In this document: positions 1 through 8,555 of the stretch, in pieces
Position numbering within the stretch: position 1 is the stretch's first letter
How the letters are laid out: each line of letters starts with the position of its first letter
IMG/VR virus record: IMGVR_UViG_3300046542_000074
Coordinates: 37,376-101,375 of that record
Length of the DNA: 64,000 nucleotides
Direction: 5' to 3' (one strand)
DNA from: a virus
Position numbers and translations under genes: made by a program
Notes under the pieces: generated by a model
The model's database searches: none
What the model was told of the DNA's origin: nothing
What the model saw: only the letters and a program-made list of their open reading frames with translations

Positions 1-953
1 TTCCTGATCCTGAAAAGAACGGCTTAACTCGTTACTTGCTCCGTGTTGAGGGCGAGTTGGTATGGGGCGATACATGGGAAGAGTTGTATGAGAAACATCA
101 TAAACCTGAATTCCCGGTAGACCACGAAGAACAAATTAGACCTATTCCTTTCCAAGTGTTGCTCGGGAATCTTTATGATAACCCAACACTTATGAAATCC
201 AACCCCGGCTATAAAGCTGCTCTTGAAGCACTGCCTGATGTAGAGCGTCGTCGCCTCCTGCTTGGAGATTGGAACGCTCGGGAAGTTGGTAGCACATACT
301 TTCAACGAGAGTGGTGTAAAGAGTTACTAGAAGAACCTCCGAAATCGGATATCGTTCGAACAGTCAGAGCATATGACTTTGCAGGTACGTTGAAGTCTTC
401 AGCTAACCCAAGTCCTGACTACACTGCTAGTGCAAAGATTAGCAAACTAAAGAACGGTGATTATTTTGTACATGATGTTCAACGGACTCGTATGCTCTTT
501 GGAGAATGGGAAAGTCACATTATTGCCAATGCACGTCGAGATGGTGGTGATTGCGAAATCATTGTCCCACTTGACCCCGGCGCACAAGCCAAAGTTGCAA
601 CTGGTATCATGACAAGATCACTGAGTGAGAAAGGTTATCGCGTTAGAACAATCAAGACAAGTCAATCAAAGCTTGATCGATTCCGTCCATTCTCTTCGCT
701 TGCTCATAATGGTCACATCTCTTTCCTTAAAGGTTGTGGATATGATTATGAGAACAACATTGAAGCCAACAACAACTTTGTGTTCAAAGAACTTGAAGCA
801 TTCAATGGTAAGCGGAAAGGTGGTGAAGCGGGCCACGATGATATCGTTGACGCCTGCTCTGACTGCATATCCATTCTCGCAACACGAGTAAACATCCCCA
901 ACATGGCGAACGCCTTGGGATCAATGAAACTAACAAACCCTACTTCATTCTGA
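1..953 (+). CDS. terL: Terminase large subunit, C-terminal part (gene starts upstream of the window)
   Basis: Frame is open from position 3. LLGDW motif, nuclease motifs RAYDFA..PDYTA and HDDIVDA; lies directly upstream of the portal. Confidence 0.9.
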   Translation, partial: PDPEKNGLTRYLLRVEGELVWGDTWEELYEKHHKPEFPVDHEEQIRPIPFQVLLGNLYDNPTLMKSNPGYKAALEALPDVERRRLLLGDWNAREVGSTYFQREWCKELLEEPPKSDIVRTVRAYDFAGTLKSSANPSPDYTASAKISKLKNGDYFVHDVQRTRMLFGEWESHIIANARRDGGDCEIIVPLDPGAQAKVATGIMTRSLSEKGYRVRTIKTSQSKLDRFRPFSSLAHNGHISFLKGCGYDYENNIEANNNFVFKELEAFNGKRKGGEAGHDDIVDACSDCISILATRVNIPNMANALGSMKLTNPTSF

Positions 954-965
954 TAAGGAGAAGCA

Positions 966-2465
966 ATGGCTGCTGAGTCAGACGATACAACACTCTCCTT
1001 GAAACAGGGAGACAATGATGTTCCCGCTATTACCAAGGGTGAAACAGGTTACAGTGGTTTAGTTACACTTGGTGGAAAGATTTGGGATCAATGCAATCAT
1101 GAGTTGATTTGGCCCCAAGCCTATCACACGTTCAAGAAGATGGCACTTGATGGTGCTGTCCATCCTTCACTGGACTTTGTTGAAACAAAGATTGCTGAAG
1201 CCACTTGGAAAGTTCGTATCCCTAAAGGGTATGAAAAAGAACTGAAAGAACATGCGAAGTTCCTAGACCAAGTTAAAGATGACATGGATCACAGTTGGAC
1301 ACAATTCATTCAGAACGCTGCAACCTTTAACCGCTACGGTTTCAGTGTTGTAGAGAAAGTATTCCGCTATCGCAACAAGGTTTACGGTAGTAAGTTTGAT
1401 GACGGCTTGTGGGGCTTGAAACGTCTCCCAATTCGTGGTCAAGGTACTATCCAAGAGTGGGACTGGCGCAACAGTGGTCGTGACCTAGACGGTTTCTGGC
1501 AACGTTGTGTAGTGCCCATTCCTTCGGCAGATAAGCTTGTCGATATGACTAATGCCCGCAAGCAAGAATACAAAGTTAAATGGATTCCACGTAAGAAGTT
1601 CATCCTCTTCCGCCACAACCCACAAGACGATAGCCCACAAGGTACATCGCCACTGACCGGTGTTTGGCAAGCGTGGAAAATGAAGCAGGCTTTCCAAGAA
1701 GCTGAAGCTATTGGTACAGCACAAGATAACAACGCCTTTAAGATTCTTTACCTTCCTCCTGAATATCTGGTTGACGATGCTGACGAAGATCGTAAGAAGA
1801 GTTATGAACTCTACCAGAAGATGATGGAGAACGCACACCAAGCTAAGTCGAGTGGGTTCATTCTGCCTATGCTTCTTGATGCTGACGGTAAAAAGATGTT
1901 TGACTTCGAACTGAAGAACATCTCTGGCGGTAAGTCTTACGATGTGAACATTATCATTCAACGTTACACCAAAGAGATTCAAGTTGGTTTGTTTACCGAT
2001 GTACTCTCGTTGGGTTCTGGAGGTGGTTCGTACTCTCTTGCTGAATCTAAAGTAAGCTTTGCAAACTTGGCTGTTAAGTCTCGACTGACAGAGATTAAAG
2101 ATCAACTTAACCACGACTTGGTTCCTCAACTCTTCGCGCTGAATGGTTGGCCTACCGATGTCATGCCTTACTTTGACTTTGATATGCCTGACCAAGAAAC
2201 AATGGACAACAAGGGTAAGTTCTACCAGCGTGTGAAAGCTGTTGGCTTGCTTCCAATTGTTCCTGCCACAATTAACCAAGTGTTGAAAGATGCTGGCATT
2301 GATTATTACGTTCCTGATGACATGAGTACAGAAGAACTTATGAAGTTACTGGGTACTCCCACTTCCGAAGCTGGCGGTGGTATGAAGTCTGGATTAAATG
2401 GGTCTAACGGTAGCGGCACTGGCAAGTCTGGTGATAGTTCTACTGGCAATAAGGAGAATTCTTGA
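966..2465 (+). CDS. Portal protein
   Basis: 499 aa after terminase; YGFSVVEKVF and GSYSLAESK (DUF935-like portal) motifs; AAGGAG RBS. Confidence 0.85.
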   Translation: MAAESDDTTLSLKQGDNDVPAITKGETGYSGLVTLGGKIWDQCNHELIWPQAYHTFKKMALDGAVHPSLDFVETKIAEATWKVRIPKGYEKELKEHAKFLDQVKDDMDHSWTQFIQNAATFNRYGFSVVEKVFRYRNKVYGSKFDDGLWGLKRLPIRGQGTIQEWDWRNSGRDLDGFWQRCVVPIPSADKLVDMTNARKQEYKVKWIPRKKFILFRHNPQDDSPQGTSPLTGVWQAWKMKQAFQEAEAIGTAQDNNAFKILYLPPEYLVDDADEDRKKSYELYQKMMENAHQAKSSGFILPMLLDADGKKMFDFELKNISGGKSYDVNIIIQRYTKEIQVGLFTDVLSLGSGGGSYSLAESKVSFANLAVKSRLTEIKDQLNHDLVPQLFALNGWPTDVMPYFDFDMPDQETMDNKGKFYQRVKAVGLLPIVPATINQVLKDAGIDYYVPDDMSTEELMKLLGTPTSEAGGGMKSGLNGSNGSGTGKSGDSSTGNKENS

Positions 2466-3827
2466 ATGACGGCTCACAGCCTCGTTAGGATCAAAGGTTC
2501 TCTGGTTAACACGCCTCATCTGATTGAACAGAATAGTTTCAATAGTGTAATGGACTATGTTAACCAGCGGATTAAAGGTGACGCTGTAATTGCTCCTGAA
2601 GTTAAGACTGAAGAGTATATGAGCGGTGCTTTGTATTACAAAGAATCTCGTACTGGTGTGATGAACATCGATGGCCCACTAACTTACAAGTCTTCCGGTT
2701 GGGAGGCATTTTGTGGTGGCACATCTTACGAGATGCTGAAAGAACAAATGGTTGAGTTGGTTGAATCCGGTGCGAAGACTGTAGCTTGGATTTGTGACTC
2801 TGGTGGTGGTGAAGCCTTCGGTATGATGGACACAGCCAACTACCTGCGCAAACTTGCTGATGAAAATGACATTCAAATCATTGCCTTCGTTGAAGGTATG
2901 TCGGCATCTGCTTGTTATGGTTTGGCTTGTGTAGCTGATGAAATCGTAATGACTAAAGACTCTCAAGTCGGGTCTATTGGTGTGTTGATTCAATTGATGA
3001 ACAACTCTAAGGCTCTTGAGAAAGCCGGTTATGAACGAACCTTCATTACTGCTGGTAAAGATAAAGTTCCATTCGACAAAGATGGTGCTTTCACTGAAGC
3101 CTTTACCACTCGCTTGCAAGACCAAGTTAACGCTCTGTATGACGAGTTTACTTCTCACGTAGCCACTCACCGTGAACTCTCGGTTGATGCTGTTAAAGGT
3201 ACAGAAGCTAATGTATTCCTCAGTGCTGATGCTGTAAGTCTTGGACTTGCTGACAAGGTAATGACTGTTGAGGAATTTTATGAATATCTTGCGGAAACCG
3301 CACAGACAAACGGAGGCTCTATGCGAAACCCGCTGGAACGCATTCTAACCCAAACAACTAAAACTCAAATCGAGGACACTACTGAAATGGCTAAACTGGA
3401 AGAAATTCAAGCGTTGCTGGACACCGCCACTGGTAAGCTGGAAGCATCTAATACCGAACTGGCTACAATTAAAGCCGCTTATGAGAAACAAGCCGCTGAT
3501 CTAACTGCTGCTAAAGCTGCACTGGATGCTATCGACCAAGCCGCTGCTGTTGCTGAAGTAGAAGCTCGTCGCACCAAACTCTCGGCTGTACTGCCTGCTG
3601 ACAAAGTGGAAGCTAACTTGGCTGCTCTGACTGCACTTGATGGCGCTGCTTTCAATATCGTTGTTGCAGGTCTGCAAGCTGGTAAAGATGCCGCTATGGC
3701 TTCCGAAAGTGCTCAGGAGCTGGGTGAAGAGGGTGCTGAACTGGAAGATAAAACTGTAGATGCTCAAGCTGCTCACGATGCAATTACGGCTGCTGCCATT
3801 GCTCGTATTAAAGCCCAACGCGCTTAA
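2466..3827 (+). CDS. Prohead protease (S49/SppA family) with C-terminal scaffold region
   Basis: DSGGG, ASACY and GSIGV S49 motifs; Ala/Glu-rich coiled-coil C-terminus. Confidence 0.9.
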   Translation: MTAHSLVRIKGSLVNTPHLIEQNSFNSVMDYVNQRIKGDAVIAPEVKTEEYMSGALYYKESRTGVMNIDGPLTYKSSGWEAFCGGTSYEMLKEQMVELVESGAKTVAWICDSGGGEAFGMMDTANYLRKLADENDIQIIAFVEGMSASACYGLACVADEIVMTKDSQVGSIGVLIQLMNNSKALEKAGYERTFITAGKDKVPFDKDGAFTEAFTTRLQDQVNALYDEFTSHVATHRELSVDAVKGTEANVFLSADAVSLGLADKVMTVEEFYEYLAETAQTNGGSMRNPLERILTQTTKTQIEDTTEMAKLEEIQALLDTATGKLEASNTELATIKAAYEKQAADLTAAKAALDAIDQAAAVAEVEARRTKLSAVLPADKVEANLAALTALDGAAFNIVVAGLQAGKDAAMASESAQELGEEGAELEDKTVDAQAAHDAITAAAIARIKAQRA

Positions 3828-3862
3828 TACACCAACTTACTAAACAAAGAGGAAACACACTA

Positions 3863-4297
3863 ATGGCTTTCACAAACGTACCTTACGAAAAACGCATCTC
3901 TGATGTCATTGTAGATCAATACCCTGATGGCGGTTACAACTTCGACAATGCCAACATCACCCCTGCCGGTGTCATCCCACTGGGTACTATTGTATTCCGT
4001 GCTAAGAGTCAGGATGTAGCTGCTGCTTGGGCAACTGGTCTGGTAGCTGCTGATCTGGTAACTACTAACGAATTCGCGCTGGTTTATGGTGATGGTTTCA
4101 GTTTCAAAGCTGACTTCACTCCAGTTGCTATTGCCGGTGGTCGTTACAACGCTGTCGTTATGAAACGTGGCCCTGCAACTCTGAAAGAGTTCTACATCAA
4201 AGCCGCTCACTCGGGCCTGAACGCTGCTCAACTGGGCACACTGAAGTCCCTGTTGGCTGCTCAAGGTATTGTCGTTCTCGACGGTATCAACGCTTAA
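3863..4297 (+). CDS. Head decoration/stabilisation protein
   Basis: 144 aa between protease and capsid (lambda gpD-like position); strong RBS. Confidence 0.7.
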   Translation: MAFTNVPYEKRISDVIVDQYPDGGYNFDNANITPAGVIPLGTIVFRAKSQDVAAAWATGLVAADLVTTNEFALVYGDGFSFKADFTPVAIAGGRYNAVVMKRGPATLKEFYIKAAHSGLNAAQLGTLKSLLAAQGIVVLDGINA

Positions 4298-4365
4298 TAC
4301 ACTCTTCATAGATTAGATGAGGACACTCAGAGAAAGTGTCCTTGTCCTTACAAAAGGAATAAATA

Positions 4366-5448
4366 ATGACTCTGGTACTTAATCGTTCGAACACCAACAA
4401 GTATGTTGACCGTACTGATATTCTGGTGGAACTGCCTCGTAACATTGGTCTGACTGGCGCACTGGGCCTGTTCAACGAAACATTTACAACTCAGAAGACC
4501 ATCGAGATTGCCCGTAAGCAATACAAAAACAACCTCGTAAAAGATAAAAACTGGGATGAGAAAGATCAGACAGTAGTTGATCGCCCAACTCGTGGCTTCC
4601 TGCAACTCAAGATCCCACACTTCCCACTGCGTGACGCAATCAAGCCTTCGGATATCGACGGTATCGGTAAAGTGGATTCGATTCTGGAAGCTGCTGGTCT
4701 GGAACAAGTTCAAGATGTTCGTCTGGAAAAGATGGCTACTCTGCAAAACGCGCACTCCCTGACTCTGGAAGCTGCTCGTATGCAACTGATCACCGCTGGT
4801 ACTGTATATGCACCAAACGGTACTCTGGCTACTTCCTACGGCCCAACTGTTGACTGCTACACCGAAATGGGTGTGAGCCGTGTAACTAAAGTACTGCCAC
4901 TGTCCGGCTCTGCTGATCCACGTTTGATGTGCCAAGAGATTGTACGTGACATGCGTATGGCTCTGCGTAACTCCGAGGGTGGCCTGAAGCGTATTCTGGT
5001 TCTGTGTGGTTCGGCGTTCTTCTCGGCTGTTATCACTAACGCCTACGTTACTGACGCTGTGAAGTACTTCCAACAAGCTCAATCGATCAACATCCTGACC
5101 GGTGTTGCTGATCAGGCTGCTGGTTTCGATGTAGGCTTCGGTCAAATCACTCTGTGGGGTCTGACTTTCGTTGACGCTGGTACTTCGGGCTACGACGACA
5201 ACGCTGGTACTTTTGTTCCGTTCATCGCTGATGCCGAAGCAATCGTAATTCCACAAGGCGTTCGTAACATGTTCCGTACTTGGTACGCTCCAGCCAACAC
5301 CTTCAGTTCGATCAACCAAAAATCGAAAGGTTCGTACTACTCGGAATTCGCTTCTGAAGAAGACGATCTGATCAAGATCAAAACTGAGCAAAACTTCTTG
5401 AACTTCTGCCTGTTCCCACAAGCGATTTTCAAACTCACCAAGTCCTAA
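4366..5448 (+). CDS. Major capsid protein (phage capsid E-like)
   Basis: 360 aa; IPHFP and YAPANT motifs; strong codon bias; followed by a terminator. Confidence 0.88.
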   Translation: MTLVLNRSNTNKYVDRTDILVELPRNIGLTGALGLFNETFTTQKTIEIARKQYKNNLVKDKNWDEKDQTVVDRPTRGFLQLKIPHFPLRDAIKPSDIDGIGKVDSILEAAGLEQVQDVRLEKMATLQNAHSLTLEAARMQLITAGTVYAPNGTLATSYGPTVDCYTEMGVSRVTKVLPLSGSADPRLMCQEIVRDMRMALRNSEGGLKRILVLCGSAFFSAVITNAYVTDAVKYFQQAQSINILTGVADQAAGFDVGFGQITLWGLTFVDAGTSGYDDNAGTFVPFIADAEAIVIPQGVRNMFRTWYAPANTFSSINQKSKGSYYSEFASEEDDLIKIKTEQNFLNFCLFPQAIFKLTKS

Positions 5449-5461
5449 TAAGGCGAACACT

Positions 5462-5489
5462 AGGGCTGGCGTCATGCTGGCCCTTTCTT
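5462..5489 (+). terminator. Intrinsic terminator after capsid gene
   Basis: AGGGCTGGC-gtcat-GCTGGCCCT followed by T-rich tract. Confidence 0.7.
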
Positions 5490-5505
5490 GTTTAAGGAGA
5501 ATGTA

Positions 5506-5877
5506 ATGACAGATGATGAAAAGAAGTCTCTCCTTGCCTTGATGATTGGTGATATTGCTGGCAATCCTTATTTCCCATTGTTTACAGTTGACCAATACGG
5601 ACAATTCCTGACTGGTTCATCTGGTAATGTTCAAAGGGCAGTTGTGACGGCTGCTACATCCGCTTCGTTTATTGTTGCTGGCAACCCTACACGGGAAGTG
5701 ATTGGTGATTTGCAAACATCTAATAACCTAAGTGCTAACTACCTGAAAGCCTTGGATTATCTGATTAAGAACGCATCAAGCACACCGCCATCAAATCTTA
5801 TGCCTTGGTTCGGTGGTATGGATAGTTGCCAACGTAACAAGTTGCTTGAGTTCACCTTGTGTGATCGTGGGTGCTAA
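5506..5877 (+). CDS. Putative head-tail adaptor
   Basis: Position after capsid; AAGGAG RBS favours ATG 5506. Confidence 0.55.
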   Translation: MTDDEKKSLLALMIGDIAGNPYFPLFTVDQYGQFLTGSSGNVQRAVVTAATSASFIVAGNPTREVIGDLQTSNNLSANYLKALDYLIKNASSTPPSNLMPWFGGMDSCQRNKLLEFTLCDRGC

Positions 5878-5880
5878 CTT

Positions 5881-6276
5881 ATGGCATTAGGTATTCAGGA
5901 AAGAATGCGTGGTGTCGCAATCAAGATGCTTGGTCTTGCACCTAAAGGATACGGTGGGCCACTGACACTGACACAAGTTACAGAAGGTGTATTTGATCCA
6001 AGTACTGGTGGAATTACTGATCCAGTGGTGACGACTTATAACTGTAGTGGTTTGCGGATGAACTATGAAAGTTGGGACTACAGGAACACAGCAATTGCTT
6101 CTGGTGATTATCAAATCTACCTATCCCCTGTTCTGATTGATGGCACAGAATGCCCTAAGCCAGTCACTGGTAACACTATCACACTCGGCACCGAAGTTGG
6201 TGGGGTTGTAAGCATAGAACCTTTCAACAGTGATGTTGTTAATTGTGGTTGGAAACTCCAGATGAGGCTTGGTTAA
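5881..6276 (+). CDS. Putative head closure/neck protein
   Basis: 131 aa; FDPSTG motif, ends W.LQMR like head-tail joining proteins; synteny. Confidence 0.55.
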   Translation: MALGIQERMRGVAIKMLGLAPKGYGGPLTLTQVTEGVFDPSTGGITDPVVTTYNCSGLRMNYESWDYRNTAIASGDYQIYLSPVLIDGTECPKPVTGNTITLGTEVGGVVSIEPFNSDVVNCGWKLQMRLG

Positions 6277-6677
6277 TGTCTTTCATGGATACCATTAATC
6301 AATGGAAAGCTGAAACAGAAGAGACATTGGATAGCATCCTACAGACCGTCGCTTACAGGATTGGTGAGTCAGTTGTAATGCTCTCCCCTGTTGATACAGG
6401 TCTGTTCAAGGGTAACTGGCAATTCAGCTTAACTGGTACTAACGCAAGTCTATTGCGAGAGGACAAAGACGGAACTGCTGTACTTGCTGACATGCTCTCT
6501 GGCTCTAAGACATTCACTGCTGGACAAGTTGCTTACATTCAAAACCATCTTGATTATGGATGGGATCTTGAGCATGGCTACAGTCCACAAGCTCGTGATC
6601 CAGACGGTATGGTAAGGGTTACAGCACTTAGGTTCACAGAGATAGTTAACGAGGCAGTAAAGCTTCACAGTAAATAA
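6276..6677 (+). CDS. HK97 gp10-like neck/tail completion protein
   Basis: SPVDTG..KGNW and LEHGYSPQA..GMVR motifs; ATG 6276 overlaps upstream TAA. Confidence 0.75.
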   Translation: MSFMDTINQWKAETEETLDSILQTVAYRIGESVVMLSPVDTGLFKGNWQFSLTGTNASLLREDKDGTAVLADMLSGSKTFTAGQVAYIQNHLDYGWDLEHGYSPQARDPDGMVRVTALRFTEIVNEAVKLHSK

Positions 6678-6688
6678 GGAGATATAGC

Positions 6689-7102
6689 ATGAGTCATGCC
6701 AAAGCGAGGAACTTGTTCAACAAGGCTCTCCAAGACTATGCAACAACTAAAGGATACAAAGTTGCATACGACAACGTGAAGTACTCTCCTGTTGTTGGTG
6801 AAGTGTATCTGCAATCACATTTGATTCCAGCAAGCACACTGACAGAGACATTGGGTGGTGATCATAAGATGTTTCTTGGTTTGTACCAAGTAAGTATCGT
6901 TACAGCATATGGAACTGCTGTACTTGTATCAGACACCATCGCGGCAGAACTTCAAAACATATTCACAATCGATAAGGTGTTTACAGACACCACTGGATTC
7001 CAAGTACAAGTATATTCCCCGTTCCATACACCAGAAGGAAAGGTGGTAGGAACTAGCTGGATTGTACCAAGTTACTTTGAATATCGCTCAGACACAAACT
7101 AA
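6689..7102 (+). CDS. Tail terminator-like protein (DUF4128-like)
   Basis: GLYQVSI motif; immediately upstream of tail tube. Confidence 0.65.
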   Translation: MSHAKARNLFNKALQDYATTKGYKVAYDNVKYSPVVGEVYLQSHLIPASTLTETLGGDHKMFLGLYQVSIVTAYGTAVLVSDTIAAELQNIFTIDKVFTDTTGFQVQVYSPFHTPEGKVVGTSWIVPSYFEYRSDTN

Positions 7103-7115
7103 AGAGGAAACACTA

Positions 7116-7763
7116 ATGGCTTTCAAACTTCCAAACGGTAGTACTTTCGACCACGCTGCTACATACAGCACTGCAAACACTATCACTTCCATTTCCAACG
7201 CTACTCAAGCTGTTGTTACTGGCACACACGCCTATTCGGTAGGTGACGTTGTTCTGATTACTTCGGGCTGGGTTAAGCTGACAGGTCGTGCATTCCGTGT
7301 TAAGACAGTAAGCACCACTGTATCGTTCACCATTGACCTCGATACCACAAACACTGCCAAATACCCTGTAGGTAGCTCGGCTGGTACTTCGAAGAAAGTG
7401 GCTACTTGGGTCAACATCCCACAAATCACTGCTGTAAGTTCGACCGGTGGCGAGCAACAGTTCTACACCTTCGGCTTCTTGGAAGACAGTGATGACCGTC
7501 AACTGCCTACAACTAAGACACCTTCTGTGTTGACACTGACTGTAGCGGATGACCCTGCTCAACCTTTCGTTCCAGTTGTTGAAGCTGCTGACGAAAACAA
7601 AACCATCGAAGTTCAACGTCTGAACTTGATCAACGGTGACGTTGTAATGTACGCCTCTGTTACCAGCATCAGTTACACACCAACACTGGAACGTAACAAT
7701 CTGATGACTCGTACAATTACACTGGCTCAACAAGGTCGTGTAACTCGTTACGTTGCTCCATAA
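7116..7763 (+). CDS. Major tail tube protein
   Basis: MAFKLPNGS start; GGEQQF..FLED motif (Phage_tail_3-like); GAGG RBS before ATG 7116. Confidence 0.85.
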   Translation: MAFKLPNGSTFDHAATYSTANTITSISNATQAVVTGTHAYSVGDVVLITSGWVKLTGRAFRVKTVSTTVSFTIDLDTTNTAKYPVGSSAGTSKKVATWVNIPQITAVSSTGGEQQFYTFGFLEDSDDRQLPTTKTPSVLTLTVADDPAQPFVPVVEAADENKTIEVQRLNLINGDVVMYASVTSISYTPTLERNNLMTRTITLAQQGRVTRYVAP

Positions 7764-7787
7764 GACAAACTAACGATGTAACCTTTG

Positions 7788-7820
7788 AAGCCTTGCCGCA
7801 AGGTGAGGCTTTTCTTATTT
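7788..7820 (+). terminator. Intrinsic terminator after tail tube
   Basis: AAGCCTTGCC-gcaa-GGTGAGGCTT followed by T tract. Confidence 0.75.
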
Positions 7821-7833
7821 CAAGGAGAATAAA

Positions 7834-8220
7834 ATGGCTAAACTATTCAAGATTGCTGTAGCACCAACTTTCAAATCCACTGTTAAAGTTCCTCGTGTTG
7901 GTGGTGATCCTCTCGACGTACAGTTCGAATTCAAAACTATGGATCGTAAGCAACTGGCTAAAGTGTACGGTGCTTGGGAGAAAGCAACTAAAGAAATGAT
8001 CCAAGAAGCAAATGATAAAGAGTGGAGTTTGGAGGAATGGGCAGACTCTGAGATTGCCCTGCAAGTAAGCCAACTGAAAGATGTTGTGGTTGGTTGGAAC
8101 TTTGATGATGAGTTCAATGACGAGAATATTGAAGCTCTGGTAAGTTCCAGCATCTCTGTTACTTCGGCTATCACAGAAGTTTATAACGAAGCTTACGTCA
8201 AGGCCAAGTCGGGAAACTAA
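7834..8220 (+). CDS. Tail assembly chaperone (gpG-like)
   Basis: PTFK..V.VP and VVGWN motifs; ends at a slippery site. Confidence 0.85.
   Translation: MAKLFKIAVAPTFKSTVKVPRVGGDPLDVQFEFKTMDRKQLAKVYGAWEKATKEMIQEANDKEWSLEEWADSEIALQVSQLKDVVVGWNFDDEFNDENIEALVSSSISVTSAITEVYNEAYVKAKSGN
8211..8217 (+). other. -1 programmed frameshift slippery site G GGA AAC
   Basis: X XXY YYZ in register with gpG codons; -1 frame is open into 8238..8555. Confidence 0.85.
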
Positions 8221-8237
8221 TCGACGTTGCCCATGCC

Positions 8238-8555
8238 ATGTACGAACCTGACACCAGCGAGAAACAAGCTGCCATGTTTGGTTTGAACCTTTCTGAAATC
8301 CCTAATGAAGTTATCGAAGTGTGGGATATCAACTGGCCAGCCTTTAGTGTGTTCTATGCAATGAATACACAATGGCGAATGGCGGGTATGGGTGGCGAGA
8401 GAACAGGATTAGATTACAACGCAATTCCTGTTGTGGCTAAACTTCTCGGCTTGAAGTCCAAACAAACACAAGAGATATTCTCCAGTATTCAAGTTATGGA
8501 GAATGAAGCCTTAACCACAATGAGGGAAAGCACACCAAATGCCAACGATAGCTGA
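8238..8555 (+). CDS. Tail assembly chaperone gpT part (DUF1799-like), probably expressed as a G-T fusion
   Basis: TQWR..G...GLDY motif; -1 frame relative to gpG. Confidence 0.85.
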   Translation: MYEPDTSEKQAAMFGLNLSEIPNEVIEVWDINWPAFSVFYAMNTQWRMAGMGGERTGLDYNAIPVVAKLLGLKSKQTQEIFSSIQVMENEALTTMRESTPNANDS

